Source: Catajapyx aquilonaris
Lineage: Eukaryota
Length of the DNA stretch: 64,000 nucleotides
NCBI GenBank assembly: GCA_000934665.2
Contig: KZ538078.1
Location: 1 to 64,000, forward strand
Direction: 5' to 3'
Part shown: positions 50,701 through 64,000 of the stretch, piece after piece
How the letters are laid out: every line of letters starts with the position of its first letter
How positions within the stretch are numbered: the stretch's first letter is position 1
Translations under genes and position numbers: made by a program
The notes under the pieces: model-generated
The model's input: the letters and a program-made list of their open reading frames with translations, nothing else
Told to the model about the DNA's origin: nothing
The model's database searches: none

Positions 50701-53700
50701 CATGCCGTTCCCAACTCCATCAGCCAAGGCCTTTCAATAAGTCTCGGAGAGGAATCTTTTAATTAGCACTAGGAAAAAAAAAGTTTGGAGGCTGTTAGCT
50801 CAGCAAACCGTATCTCCAGGATATAGCGAAAAATGTTGATTTCAACCAGTTCGTTAAGCGGCAAGTAATCCGGCAATGTCGAATCTCAAAAAACCGCGCT
50901 TATGTAAGTGAAACAAAGTGCAGGCCCAGCAAGGGTGGGCTTACAGTTAGTGGGCTAAAGCCGCAACTTCCGGAATATAAGGAGTCGAGGCATATAGCTG
51001 CTTTTCTAAGTCGCCTTCGTCATTAAGAGCCGGAGGGGGTCTTTAATCAATCGGCTGCCTTATGCATGGGTGAGTTTATGGGCTCATCTGGAGAGGACGA
51101 GAGGGGTCCAAAGTGGCCGTGCGGGCCTTGTAATTACCGTCTTATGGCCGGGGCGTGGTGCCAAAAGAGCCCTTGGAGGGGCAGGGAATTTGTCACGTGT
51201 CAATATGTGACGATGGGCGATCAAAGCCACCTAACGACCTCTCTGCACGCTATGGCCCAATCGTAACCCTACGGTCTATCCTAAGGTCACCTTGCTTCCG
51301 CCCAGATTCAGAATTTGCACATATGACTCCCCCACAAAATGTAGGCCGTGCAAACGTATCAATTGCGTGCTGAGAGGTGCTGCGGGCACTATTGTTGCGT
51401 GCACGTCGTGCAAGCCTAATTACCTGTTGAACAAGCAGACAGGTAAGTTGCGCCAAAATGACCGCTGGGCCTGGTTGCTCCAATGGGACGCGGAAAGTCT
51501 CGCCAATTGCCACTGGATAACAAAAGGCATTCAGCCAGTTCTAGTCTGTATCGTATTGTTTCAGCCCTTCGTTGTGGCCTGTATATCAGAAGTGCCGTCA
51601 AGCCTGAATTATACACTACATGCTACATGGTGCGACGCCTCATCCTCCTTTAGACAGAAGCAGGAACCCACCTGCACTTCCAGATTGATTTCTCTCAGCA
51701 CTGGAAACGTGGCTTTACAGCTGACTCACCCTTAATAAAGCCCAAGTAAATTAGTTCGTTGTAACAGCAGCCAGATTGGCTCTTTGATTAAGTGATAGCA
51801 AGAACGTCCCTTTGGACTCTGAGAGTCCGTTAATTGCTCTTGAAGGGAGAATACTACGAGCGGCGATGCCAGCTTGGGTCACCAAACTTGAGAAAAAAAA
51901 TGGCACAATTTCCGTGTGAGACTCACGTGCGGCGGTATCACACTATCTCTCTTCTACTGGATTTTTCCAATGAGCCGCCTTCTCCCGAGAAAACGAGGCT
52001 ATAGATTCCAACCTGTTTTTCCCGCCCAGCCTAATTGACAGTGATGTTCGAGAAGGAGTCTACTCTAGAGCTATATATTCGAGGGATATGAATAAATGGG
52101 CGTCACGAGGCAAGGGTCACGAAGGCTTCATTCGTGGCTTGGTCACGACACCGAATCTTCCTCCACTGCTGGAATCCAAAGGAGGATCGTTATAACGTCT
52201 ATAAGTTTCACTTTACGGGACCGCCTTGTTTTTTTGGTGTCCGTTGCGTCCCAGTGGTCCCAACAGCCTGATGGCAGCTCGATACCTTGACCAGGTGCAT
52301 AAAGAAACGTCACTGATTAGGCGTTGACACGCTGTCAGCCACGGACTGTCAATGTGTCACACAATTTCATGCTGCCTGATCTCTTTATATCCGTTCAAAG
52401 TAGGCGTTCCGGGAATACAGCAGCAGCCCAGCTCAGGCCCTGAGAAAGTGAGTCTCACACACATGAGGTCCTTTGCAATTGATTCATTGGACACGACAGC
52501 CCGGGTTTCGTGCAAAGAATCCCCGAGTGTCGACCCACGACCCCCACTCCTCAGGCAATCTTTCCATTTTCCATGTATACCGTGCAACACAAACGAGTGT
52601 TGCACGCTCAAAATTGATAAGAAAACAGCAGGCTCGAAGGCGAGAGAAATCCTCCCACCGGCCAAAAAAGAAATACGGTGGAACGCACAAAAAAATTAAG
52701 CGTGGTCCTGCACACACGCGAACCACCAACGGGGATTCGGATTGACCTCGAGGCAATAAATTTCCGCCCACAAGAAATACTTTACCTGGCCTCAGGTTCA
52801 TTAATTTGCGGCCAGCTGGGAGTAAATCACCGGACGACTAAATTCAAGCCGCATTTCCCAGGCTGGACAGGATTCTTGCAAGGCTGAGGTGGAAATTGGA
52901 GCATGGCTGCATCTTGGTGGGAATGTGGTTTTCCTATCCCCCCCCCCCCCAACCTTTTAGAGAAGCTGCGACTCATACAGAGTCTCCAAACTTCATCTAG
53001 TGTACCGGTGGAGGAAAAAGCAACAAAAAAAGGACCATTCCGACATAGTGTACCTGTACCATTAATCATTTGCATCCTTTGTTCGAATGATGAAGTTTTA
53101 CTATTTCTACCCGTCCATTGTCTTGGAACACAATGCAGTAGCACTTTGCGCGGAGGAAAACAAAGCAAAGCTGACAGGCCCCTTGGTTGAGAGAGGAATG
53201 CCATGCATCATATAATAACCGTCTGAATCTGATCAGTCACACTTTAGTATCTAGTGTCTTGCGCCGCATTGTGTGTTGACACGCCTACTATTTCACTTTT
53301 CTTGGTCGAGTTTGATTCGGTGGTCCTAAGTTAGTGAATAGGCTAGATGCGTATGTTGCTAGGGCGTGTTTGTTTCTCGGGGAGCCTGCTCCTCTGATTA
53401 GTTCGGCTTTGCGCGCCAGCTCCAAAATGGAACAAAAATTTATTCCCACACATTAATTAAAGCTCGCATATTAAAGCAAGTCAGTCATTACACGGGGATG
53501 TTGAGGCGACGTCGCAGTCTCCGTAGTAGTAGCAGCGGCGCTTTCCCAATCCCAGCCTTTTCCAACCTCATGAATTATCCATCTTCCCAACTCGACCCTT
53601 CGGCTAACAAACTCCGGCCTACCACGCATTTCCAACTTTCTTTACGCATATCAAGTTGCAACCAGCGGAAAAGCACGCTCCCGAAATCAATGTCTTAATT

Positions 53701-56700
53701 TTTCAAGAGGCCTAGGCGCGCCTAGAGGTTTGGTTAGAGCTGGAAGCACGGACGGATCAGGTATTCAGGTGCAACTCCTCGGGGGCAGTTGGAGGAAGCA
53801 TTTTCGCCACCATTAACCACAGTTAACCGTAATAAGTGACAGACTTTACCGGGGCAAATCGCATTGGCGAATCTTCTCACGCCAGCAGGGTCCAACAAGA
53901 GAAATGGAAAGGGGGGGACCGCAAAACCTTCCCAGGAATTGAGCTCCACAAATGACTCCGCGGTCGACTCTAGACCTACTTTGCGGAAGGAACCGCCACT
54001 TAATTTCAGCACTGTTTTTAGAAACAGGCGCCAGTGTCTCTCGGGACGTCGAAACTCTTCCTGGGGCCTAATCCATCGGTGATAGCTAATTAATCCTGGG
54101 GACTTAGACACCCTCTCCGGAATCGAGTTTCCGTCCTCTTCTTCTTGCCAGATAATAGACTTTTCTAGCTGGCGCCAAACTTCCTCACCTTTTCATTTGG
54201 AGCAATCCGGTGAGACATCAGCCTAAGGGGAAGTCCTCTCTAAAGGCTTCCTTCAAATGTCATCAATCCAGGAATTGGGGAATCTTCCCGCCTCTGACAC
54301 TGAATATTTGGAGTCAACAAATTCCGGTTGACTAATTGGAAGTGGGATAAAATGCAACCACGGCAACATTAGCTTCATCTGCAAAATTTAAACTGAGCAA
54401 ACTACATGGTTCATAGTTCATTACAACTTGGTTAAATAGTCAGTTATATATGATGTGATATGACTAGTATCAGTAACCTACAGCAAATTAATTTGTTTGC
54501 GTAATTAATTAAATTACAATTTTGGCGTTGATGCAGGATGTTAAGCATAGAGCCACATTGGTACCACATCATAGAATTTTTAGGGGGGTGGGTCGCATTT
54601 TCAAATAACAACCACAGCAGAGGACATGGCGGTTGTTGCGTAATTTCGTGGCAGAAACACGGATTATATGTTTTGAAAGCGCGGTGGATGAGAAATAGCC
54701 CATGTAACTATTTGGGATACATCCTAACCACGTCCATATCAACATGTTGTTCGAAGTCATTGAAAACAGCAATTCACAATCCTATAGTTATTTCTGGTGT
54801 TCCCGCGTGGCAACTTTAAAAATCTTTTTCAAAATATAATATTCCACCTAACTCCGTTTACAGTTAGTGTTCAATAGTTCAGTTGCACTATCAGAAAACG
54901 AGAAATCTTTCGTTCTACCTTCTTGAGGCCCAACATGAATTTCAAACGTCACCAGAAGTGTCTGCGTCAAAATGTGGGCTGAAGTCCACAACCACATTTC
55001 CACTGGCACTATTTCTGCTGCCATTCGACCCAAACTTTGTCCTTTGAATTCCCAAGACGCCTGTCCTCCTGTTTCACCACAACCCTGACCGCCCTCATGT
55101 CTAGCAAGGTTGCAGCCGGGCATTTTTGACTAGCCACCTGCGAACTTAGGTCTCCACCAACTTCAGATCTTGGACTTTGTGTGTGAGAGAGAGTTGAGCT
55201 GCAATGTCAGGAATAGAAAATAGGAAGGAATTGAATGGAAGACGTTTAGTATGTGGCAAGCGCGGGCAGACCGAACCTGCAGATGCCAGCCCGAACTGGC
55301 TGGAAGGCGACAAATTCCATGTCGCCAGGAACCTCCAAAGTCCCCGGGACACAGAGGCCATCAATCTGGCATGAAAAATGATTGGAAGAAAGAACGTTTG
55401 GAAAGTAGCGAAACAGCTCACCCCGTTTGACTTGCTGCTGCCAGAACCTTTTTTCCCTGGAGAAGCCTGGATCAATCCCATAGGAAGGGTGTGTCCTTAA
55501 CCGAAAGTCATGGGGGCAAGCCCTCGAAGGTCATCACCTAACAGCACGAATCCATAGGTGTGCTTGGATTATAACAGGTGTAGCTGAGTGTATTACCAAT
55601 GAGATAGGGGGGTTCCCACAGAGATGATCTCAGCGGGATGCCGTGGGGCTGAAGTGATCATCATGGTCCTGTGGTGGTGTCAACGGCCTACGTTTCGATT
55701 CGCCCCACAAATTGCACCCAGTTTCCTTCCTCTGCGATTCGCTTCTCAATCATGGCCATACAGCATTCACATATTTTGCAACTAAGCGTTTCGGATTTTG
55801 TGGATGAAGTTCATCCTTTGCGGAACATGAAAAGCTACGAGTCTCCGCGTGTCGAGGCCTCGGGTCATTTGATATCCTATCCTGCACCCACTTTTCACTT
55901 ATAAACTTGCAAAGGAAGGCTGGTGTTTCCTGCAGTTACAAGGTCCACTCTGATGAACGTGCGCCACTGGTTTATAACACTGGCAGATGAGGCGTGTCCT
56001 AATTTTTGGCATTTTTTTTCTATGAACTTATTCGTAACCATGTTTGCGTATGGTTGGCTCACTTTCACATGAGTGAATGAGTGAACCTTGTATTTCATGT
56101 CCTCGAATGTAGCATACTGCATGTACTATTGCAGTATTTTGGGTGTCAACTGTGCCGTAAACTAATACATACAAAAACTCATGAGGCTCAAAGGCCTGTA
56201 GTATAGCAAGTACAGGCCTATATGTAGAGGCGATATGACTTTAAGAACCTGTTCTGAGTAAGAGAGGGAGAGAAGGGTTTGTTACTTAGACGTTCCTCTA
56301 GGGAGCTTAATCCCTCCACTAATTTGACGTCATCTGGACCCAAAGTTAATAGAACATGCGCTTTGTCTCTTTTATCTTCACCCAGCTCAAGAGTAATCTT
56401 TGGAAATGAAGTCACCGGCGTCGGTACTAGATTAGTTTCACTTAATTTCATTATTTCCTGCATGAAACCGATGGTTCTATCTCCTATTATCGATTCTGGC
56501 TAGCGAGATTCAAATCCAATTACTTAAAAATATTATACAGTATAAGTATATAAATTTTCCACACCCATCACCTACAGTATGTTATAATATTACGTAAATA
56601 GCAGGCTATTAAATGTGTGATAGAATTATTTCTAATAGCCTTCGATCCAGTCACTTATGCGAATGGCACTTTCGGTTTATACACTGCTTAATAACAAATT

Positions 56701-58092
56701 ATATAATATATTTCCCAAGATAATCAACAAAAAATTATCAATTACGAATTCCTTCGTAAATGGTCCAGCGATGCATGGAAGACCACAAAAAGAAGAGGCC
56801 ACCGCTGCTCTGTTATTTTAATTTTGGCGATGCAGTAGGGCTAAGCTTTAAAGATACTGGAACTTCGTTTCGCCCGCTAAAGAAAAGGGCATGCAAATGC
56901 GGTGTAAATGGTGGAAAGGAGATATTGATATTTATGTTCGTAAAATTTTGCCCGTGCAACAGGAAATATTTCATATAAATGGCTTCCTGAACATTGCTTT
57001 TTTTAAAGTCGCGTGAAACTTCTCTTTTCCGCTCCTAATTATTTTTCTCGCGTCTGCGGAAAACACTAAATTTCTTTCCATACAAGATTTTGGCACTACA
57101 ATCTCTTTTCCCTCGGCAAATATTGAGCCTGGATGATTTGCGACACTTTTACACAGAACTGTAAAACACGGGAGAGTCGAATATGAACTTTTTCAATAAT
57201 CTTGACTATCTATAGCTTTATCTACTACTTGATGTCGCAATGGGTCCCGTTAAAATGTTCCCACAGAGCGTGCTTCCAGTAATGAACCAAATAACTGAGC
57301 CATGTCACCCGTTTTTAAATAACAGAACCAAGAAGGCGTCACAAATTTGTACCACTCAGTCAACATTTTCGCTTTGCATAATGTGCTAAATAACGGGCCT
57401 TTGCAGAAACGATGGGAGTCCTACTACAAAGTAAAGTCCACATCAAATTTAGTTCAGACATCCGGTGTTTAATAATTATTTTCCTGGAGTCACACTCTGA
57501 TCCACACAAAATATTTGGCGCAATTATGCAAACCTTTCTTTCACACTTAATTTTCTTTCGATTAAAAAAAAAACCCTACATGGTTTCAAATCCGACAGAC
57601 CGAAAACTTGCTCAGTGATTCGGTAGTAACTGTCCTTGAATAATACGACACGGTCAGCCAACCCGCGTGCTTCAATTGTCCCCATATCCGCTAAACACAA
57701 AACCAGGTATCACACAAATTAGCACACAATTTATCACAATTCCACACCCATGACAATCAACACGCCCGCAAAATAATATTTACCTAAAATATCCTATAAT
57801 TAGAAGCGCACAACAAAAGCGCGGCATGCTCGTGGCTAAGAATCCAACAACGCACGTGACCTCTCCGGGTCGTTGTTCCCGGGAAACGCGACATTAGCCC
57901 TCATTGGGGTGTGAGGCACGCGATGCAACCATGCAAATATCCTCCACTTCCCTTGTGGACCACTGGAGGCAAAGAAGCCCACGTCCCACCTACACTACAC
58001 AATGTCTCTCTCCAGTCCTGAATAAATCCAGTCCCCCATTTCCAGCCAACTGGATATCAGACCAGCCCTTCTTAGTGGTGGTGGTGGTGGGG

Positions 58093-58132
58093 NNNNNNNN
58101 NNNNNNNNNNNNNNNNNNNNNNNNNNNNNNNN
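58093..58132. other. Assembly gap (40 N) flanked by (GTG)n and poly-G
   Basis: N run between a GTG repeat and a 19-G tract. There is also a single N at 58658 inside a poly-C run. Confidence 0.99.
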
Positions 58133-61100
58133 GGGGGGGGGGGGGGGGGGGCAAAACGACTGTGTAAAAGGATGTTCGGCAACGTTAATGAGTCGAGATA
58201 ATGCCGCTGGAGGGCCTTCTTTGATAGAGTTGGACGCGTTTTGGTAATGGCCTACTGTTAGGTTGCATCAGGGAGGAAATAAATATTTGTGTGTGAGTGT
58301 GTGTCATAACTGATGATTGTGTATGCGTCTAACTTCTTTTGCCACTGTGCTGGGAATTGCTAAAGTAATAACCTATTCGTTTCCATTCGGGTTCAAATGA
58401 GAGCAATATCCAGGAATACGGGAGGGGATGGAATGGAGCCTGGAAAATTCAATTCATTTCCTGGCGCTTCCGTCACCAGAAATCCAATATTTCGTTTTGT
58501 AACGTTTCACAGCAATTTCCTGTCAGTAGCTGGTTTTGGTTCGCGCTCAGGGAGACGATTGGGATTCGCGATTTTTTTTCTCGCTATATTTTTAGTCACG
58601 TTTCCTCAGCTTTTGTTCGCCAGGTAGAAAAAAAGCCATTTTTGCAATATCCCCCCCNCCCCCCCCTAGCTTCGACTCCCACGGGTTCCTTTTTATATCG
58701 AGCGACATTTTAGAAGGTTGGCCTCCGACGCAATACATGATGCTGTATTTTAGTGGCCCAGACGTTCTGTCGCTTAGCTAAAAATAATCTCCAACTGGCG
58801 GCCAATCCTCTTGTCTCCTTCCGTGCTGCTAGCCAAGGTTTCTCAAGATCTGAGACTCTTGGATTTCGGAGCCACTCCTGTCTCTCTAATTTATATACTC
58901 GGCACAAGAGACGTAATTACTAGCGACAGAATATTTTTCAGAGTGAGCTTACTTGCAATATTGTATGATGAACTGGAGTCGTAATAAACAAAATCCATTT
59001 GTAACCGAAAATTAACTGGAGCAGCCAGGTTCTTTCCAGAAAAAGAAAAAAAAAATGCCAAGTTTATACTTAACTGTACAATATCAGTTTATTTATGAGG
59101 ATATACAGTGTTGCGTGACTAATGTGATGGCATGTGGTTACGTCATGCCATTTCTGCTGAATGTGCGTTTTCAGTGCGTGCAGATGCTTAAATGTCTAGT
59201 CATTTTTTTTGAAAATGAGGGAGGGGAATACAGTTATACGATCATATACAATGTGTGTCTGCTTAAAATAACATTGTTTATCTATGCTCACTTCATACCA
59301 TTTTAACAAATGTCATGCCACCTAGAACAATAGCCAGCATATACCGAACACAGTTCATGACACGCATTGTTTGCAAACCACAACTGTTCGCATTGATTCA
59401 ATCATAATTTTCGACATTTTTCTATGAATGAGAGCTCTCGACAAGCACAGTAAAGTTTGCGTTTTGTGTCTGAAGAGATAGACCCCATTGAGCGTTGCGT
59501 GATCAGAATGGGACAGCGTAAATCTTGTGCAAAAAAAAAACTAAAAAAAAAGAGTCGGCGAGTTCCTCGACCGAATCCGGTGCTTCATCTTCCTCTCGCC
59601 GACGTAAACTCTATAGCAATAGGCATTTCGGAGGGTGTCAAGTGCCACTATTTAGCTGGCGGGCTTTCAGTTATGACACTGTTAATGGGGAGGCCCGGAT
59701 TCAGATTACACTTGGCCGCCGAAACGAAGGCCGTCCATATGGTTCGGGATCATAAAGCATGTTGGGGAGCACTTCCTGATGACGTTGCAGAAGCATTTAT
59801 TTCCAGCCCCATCGTGATCTTTGTTAGTTATCCATATATGGGATACCCGTCCCTACGGGCTGGAGGGAAATAATAAATTACGGCCGATTTACAGCCAAAT
59901 TGCAACTGATATGACACGTCGTCCTATTCTCGTTAAATTATCTGCAGAAGGTTTTCGTGTAATACGAGTTTTCTCTCCGGTTTTAAGAGCCCCATTTATG
60001 GCAGTAGCAGAATACATATCATGTTTATTGGTGGTTATATGTAACCATTTCTCCCTCTCCCTGTGTTTGTCGTGGGCCACTGCAGCGTAGCTATTTTCAA
60101 AAATCCAGATATGATGTTGATTGAAAATACAAAGCGGATAAAATTCATAGCTTCATAAATATTGGCTCCCATTGTGTGTATCGTTTGAGTAAATATTTGA
60201 CTTCGTAATGAGGGGCCCGGAGTGGCTGATGACAGAATGTCTACAAAAACCCCGTTTCGAACAGCTTAAACCCGCCAAAGAGCAGCAAGAAATCGAAACA
60301 CTCTGCACCCTAATCCTCCCTAAAGATTACAGATGCTTCTAATCCGTCTAGATGGACTCGGATTCCTCGACGCCCTTCATGGATCCTCTAACTGGATTAC
60401 TTCCACAAGACTAATTGACCACACATAAATCAGCAAATAATCCTCCCACTGCATCACATTGAAACACTTCCCTTCTCAAAAATTGAAGCTTCTTCCAACT
60501 TGCTCAAAACTTTGAAATAAAAGTTTCAGGTGCATCGTATGGCCACCAGATCCGACTTTTTTTTGGCCATGCCCTCTCTGGACCAGAGTGACCAGCACTT
60601 GGACCGTATAAGCAGATTATCCGGGTGCAGAGAGTCTCAGCTGGCTTGGGGCCTGCACTCCACTCAATTTGGCAGTGCACAAGTCCAGACGTGCTGGCAC
60701 ACGTACTGTCACCTTCGCCTTCTCCTCCGATGCGAAAGACAACGGGATTAAAGTTGACTCATTCTATATAGGGATCAAAGGGCTGATTCATGGATTTCAA
60801 TTTATAATTGGGCCCAAGGGAGTTGGCAGGGAATTATCGCAAATTTATCTCCTACTCGCTTGTTATTTAAGCTGTTCTTTTGCCGAATGGGTGTGTAGAC
60901 AAAAGAAGATGCTGGGGTCCCCCATAATATAATTGGATGCACGATTCAATCAACGGTCCCGAGATGAGTCACGATTGTCATAAATGTCAGATTTGGTTCA
61001 TGGGCATACGGGTCACACTGCCTCCCCACTTTTCAGTCCAGATCAATCGGAGCATATAAAAAGAGAATCCACCCTGGCCAAAGGTTGAAAGCGCCGACCA

Positions 61101-64000
61101 TCTGCATCGTGACTCTTTTATCCGGATCTACCCCCCTCCCCCTACAGGCTTTTCGCTCATAACATGGGCCCTCGCGTTATTAACGCACATGTGCATCCAC
61201 ACAGGATAAGAAACTCGATCTGTATATTTGTCGGAAGTGAAAAGAGCGTCGGCGGCGCTTTTTATTCGGATGGAGAGGGAGGGGGGGGCTGTTGACCCAG
61301 GTGATGCGTTGGGGACGGGGCTTCATTCCCACGGGCGGGACATGGAAGGCACATTTCCAGCCCAAAAAAGTGCTGGAGAGGGGATGATGGGAAGCCTTCC
61401 AACTGATCGATATGTTCGAAACTGGGGGAGACAAAAAAAAATTGGGTTACAAACTATTTGGATTTGGTATCGAAAAATCATGGACAGACGCACATTACGT
61501 TCTAGACATTGCTTAGATTGGATAATTAAAGTGTCTGATCAACGATTTTACCAAAATATTGAATTTCAATATGTGTCATATGTTCAGAAAGCAAATGGCA
61601 TAAAAATTACAATTCCGCTATTTTAAATGTGTAACCCAGACGCTATTGGCTTCAGTATTAGCACGGTCTGTTCTATTAGCAATGTCCAACTAGAGACGGT
61701 CAGTACTATAAGCCCTACAGCCATCAAGGCCTTATATTGCGTACAAGCCTACACGCTAGGGGCTTGTAAAGAAGAAAAGGCGAGGAAGACTCCACTTTGT
61801 TAGGGGTTCGCTCTTAATTATGCATTCACAATTAAGGCTCTCCTGAATGGTTAATCTCCAATATTAGCGGGCCTGGCGCAGAATATCGCTCTCGATTATG
61901 TTTAGAGGCGTCAAAGATTTTTGCAAATACCGTTGCTACAGTATACCACAATTATTACAATATATACACACCACAGATCAGTTACGAACGAATAACAATA
62001 ATATTTAACAATCTGCAGAACCTTTCAAATTCCTAGATCGGTATCTCATTTAGCATCAACTTGACTCGAGAGGACGTTAATTTCCTGCCACGCCCTGAAA
62101 ATATGCTCGACGACCTCACGTCACATCAGTGTTCCATGATTGCATGAATCAATGATGTGTTTTGACAGCGGAATATTGACGGTTAGCTATGGCGTGCAGA
62201 AAGTAAGCTTGAAATGAGAATAGATTGCCAGTCGAGGGAGAAGGAGAGCCAAGAGTCTCCCTGTCGATGACGGATGAGCCCAGACTTGCCCAAATCCTCG
62301 GTTGGAAGTTTATCACGGTGTCGGAATTGGGAAGTTTGGCCGGGATGCTGGTTCGGGGAGAAAGGGGGCTTTTCGGTGGGAAGAGATGCCCGACGACGTG
62401 CCCGGGCCTAAAAATGAGCCAGCCCCTCCCCTCCTCCCCTGATCTGTGACAGAAAAGTCTCAGCGGAATCTCTGGAACGGGGTTGTTGGCAAAGACCTTA
62501 AAAACTAAGATGAGGAGCGCCCCATGTAATTTGAGTGTGAGCCGGTGCGGAGCAGGATCATCAATCAGGTGGTATTTGCATGATCACGTGATTGTAGTGC
62601 CGACATCTACTGACTGGGGTTCACACCATAGTCTGTCAGGTCTTTGTGGTTAGGATCCACCAATCAAGTGCGTAACCTCTTGAATCCCCCACATCCTGTT
62701 AATTCGTCGTGTGGCTTGGCTGGTGTAACTCCCCAGACAGGTTGTTTGCTTGGAACCCAACCAAACAAGAGGCCGGGTTTAACCACGTGCTTTCCACCAG
62801 TTGCCAATTCCAGTGAATCTATGGTCTGGGGAACCATCGTGTATACCTTCACGTGCAGCCCGGAAAAGGGACAAGGGACGCAACTTTACTTGCCGGCTGG
62901 CTTTTCAGACTAATTGAAATTCCAGATTGGTGCATGGGCGGCCAGGTTGGAAGCTTAAGCACTGTCCTCGCTCCCCAACCACTACAAACTTCGACTTAGT
63001 AAGTTCAAGTCACGCAGGAAAGGACGCATTCCAAAATATACAGTGCATCCACCGGTCCTCACTTTGTCATGGTGTCAACTTGGAATAGGCCTAGCCCGTT
63101 AAAACCTCTACAATTTGCTCTGGCATGAATGACAGCCAGCACATCATCACGCTCGACAAAAGAAGAGGAACAAAAGTCGGGACTTGGGGCCGTAACATAA
63201 ATTAGCGGAGGTCCCGAGAAAGGGATTTATTTTCCCTTTTTTTAAAGGGGGGGGTGGGGTGGTGGGAAAAAGGAACCTTGACCCCTGCGGGGCCACCCCA
63301 GCAGGCTACCCCGAGAAACGTGAGATCCTCGGGCTGATGGGCAGCGCAATCAGCACGCATTCCGACCAACTTTTCTGCCTCGGAGGTCAAGAAGAGAGAG
63401 CCCCCTCCTCTACACCATCTCCTCCTCCCAGCTCACGACCTGTCGGATTAGGCGCCCTTCACCTTTGTCACGCTCCTTCGAAGAATGCCTTGCCTCTATG
63501 GACCCCACCGGGGATGTAAAGAAGAAGAGGCTGACAGGTGATCAGGGCTAATCCCCGTGGCATTCTTCTCCGGCACACACTGCATACCCGGGCATAACTC
63601 TTTCCGACAGGACACTCGTCAGCTCTCGGGATGGCCGGATCTCGTTTGACTGCTGCCTAGGCCATCAGGTCACTATAATCTAGTATCGGCTTATCTGTGT
63701 GTTCAGCCTTGGCTTGGAGGTTTTTTGTGTATCGCGACGGGTCCTTTTTTTGTGTCGAAAGGTGAAGTCGCAGGTGTACATTCGGGTTGTACAGGTTGAT
63801 GGAAACTAATATCCAGTCGGTAGTATTGGGCAATGTGAACGTGCGGGGTATTCAATTACCTGCTACGTAATAAATAGGCCGGGAATGAACTGGTTTTCCC
63901 ATTGTCTATTTTTTATGTAGAGATTTTTCAGACCAGTGGCTATATTTCGTCCGACCTACAGTTGTGGAAAGGCGAAATGAAACCCGAATTCGTCCGAGCC

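Noticed and set aside
56218..56463. 81-aa ORF with protein-like composition
   Set aside because: No recognisable motif, many TTA/CTA codons, and no evident exon context.

Overview
Eukaryotic, almost certainly animal (arthropod-like) genomic DNA; the window is overwhelmingly intronic or non-coding. The only convincing coding sequence is two minus-strand exons (21999-22126 and 12537-12720) separated by a 9,278-bp GT-AG intron. Spliced in frame, they give one complete N-terminal Ig-superfamily domain of a cell-adhesion protein in the Kirre/nephrin-related group, most like Drosophila CG17716 (faint sausage/teiresias) from memory. The next exon was not found and probably lies left of the window; the signal-peptide exon is unresolved. 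The introns contain many small non-autonomous DNA-transposon-like elements. These include a 52-bp palindrome present twice in exactly inverted copies, a 142-bp foldback with a Transib/RAG-RSS-like end, a ~975-bp and a ~575-bp TIR element, and CAGGGTG-type mini-hairpins. There are also a tRNA-headed SINE, a decayed tRNA-Asp-like sequence, microsatellites and a 40-N gap. TACAGTA/TACTGTA heptamers look over-represented, consistent with Tc1/mariner excision footprints. I found no prokaryote-type features and no clearly novel multi-gene system. Most listed ORFs are judged spurious.
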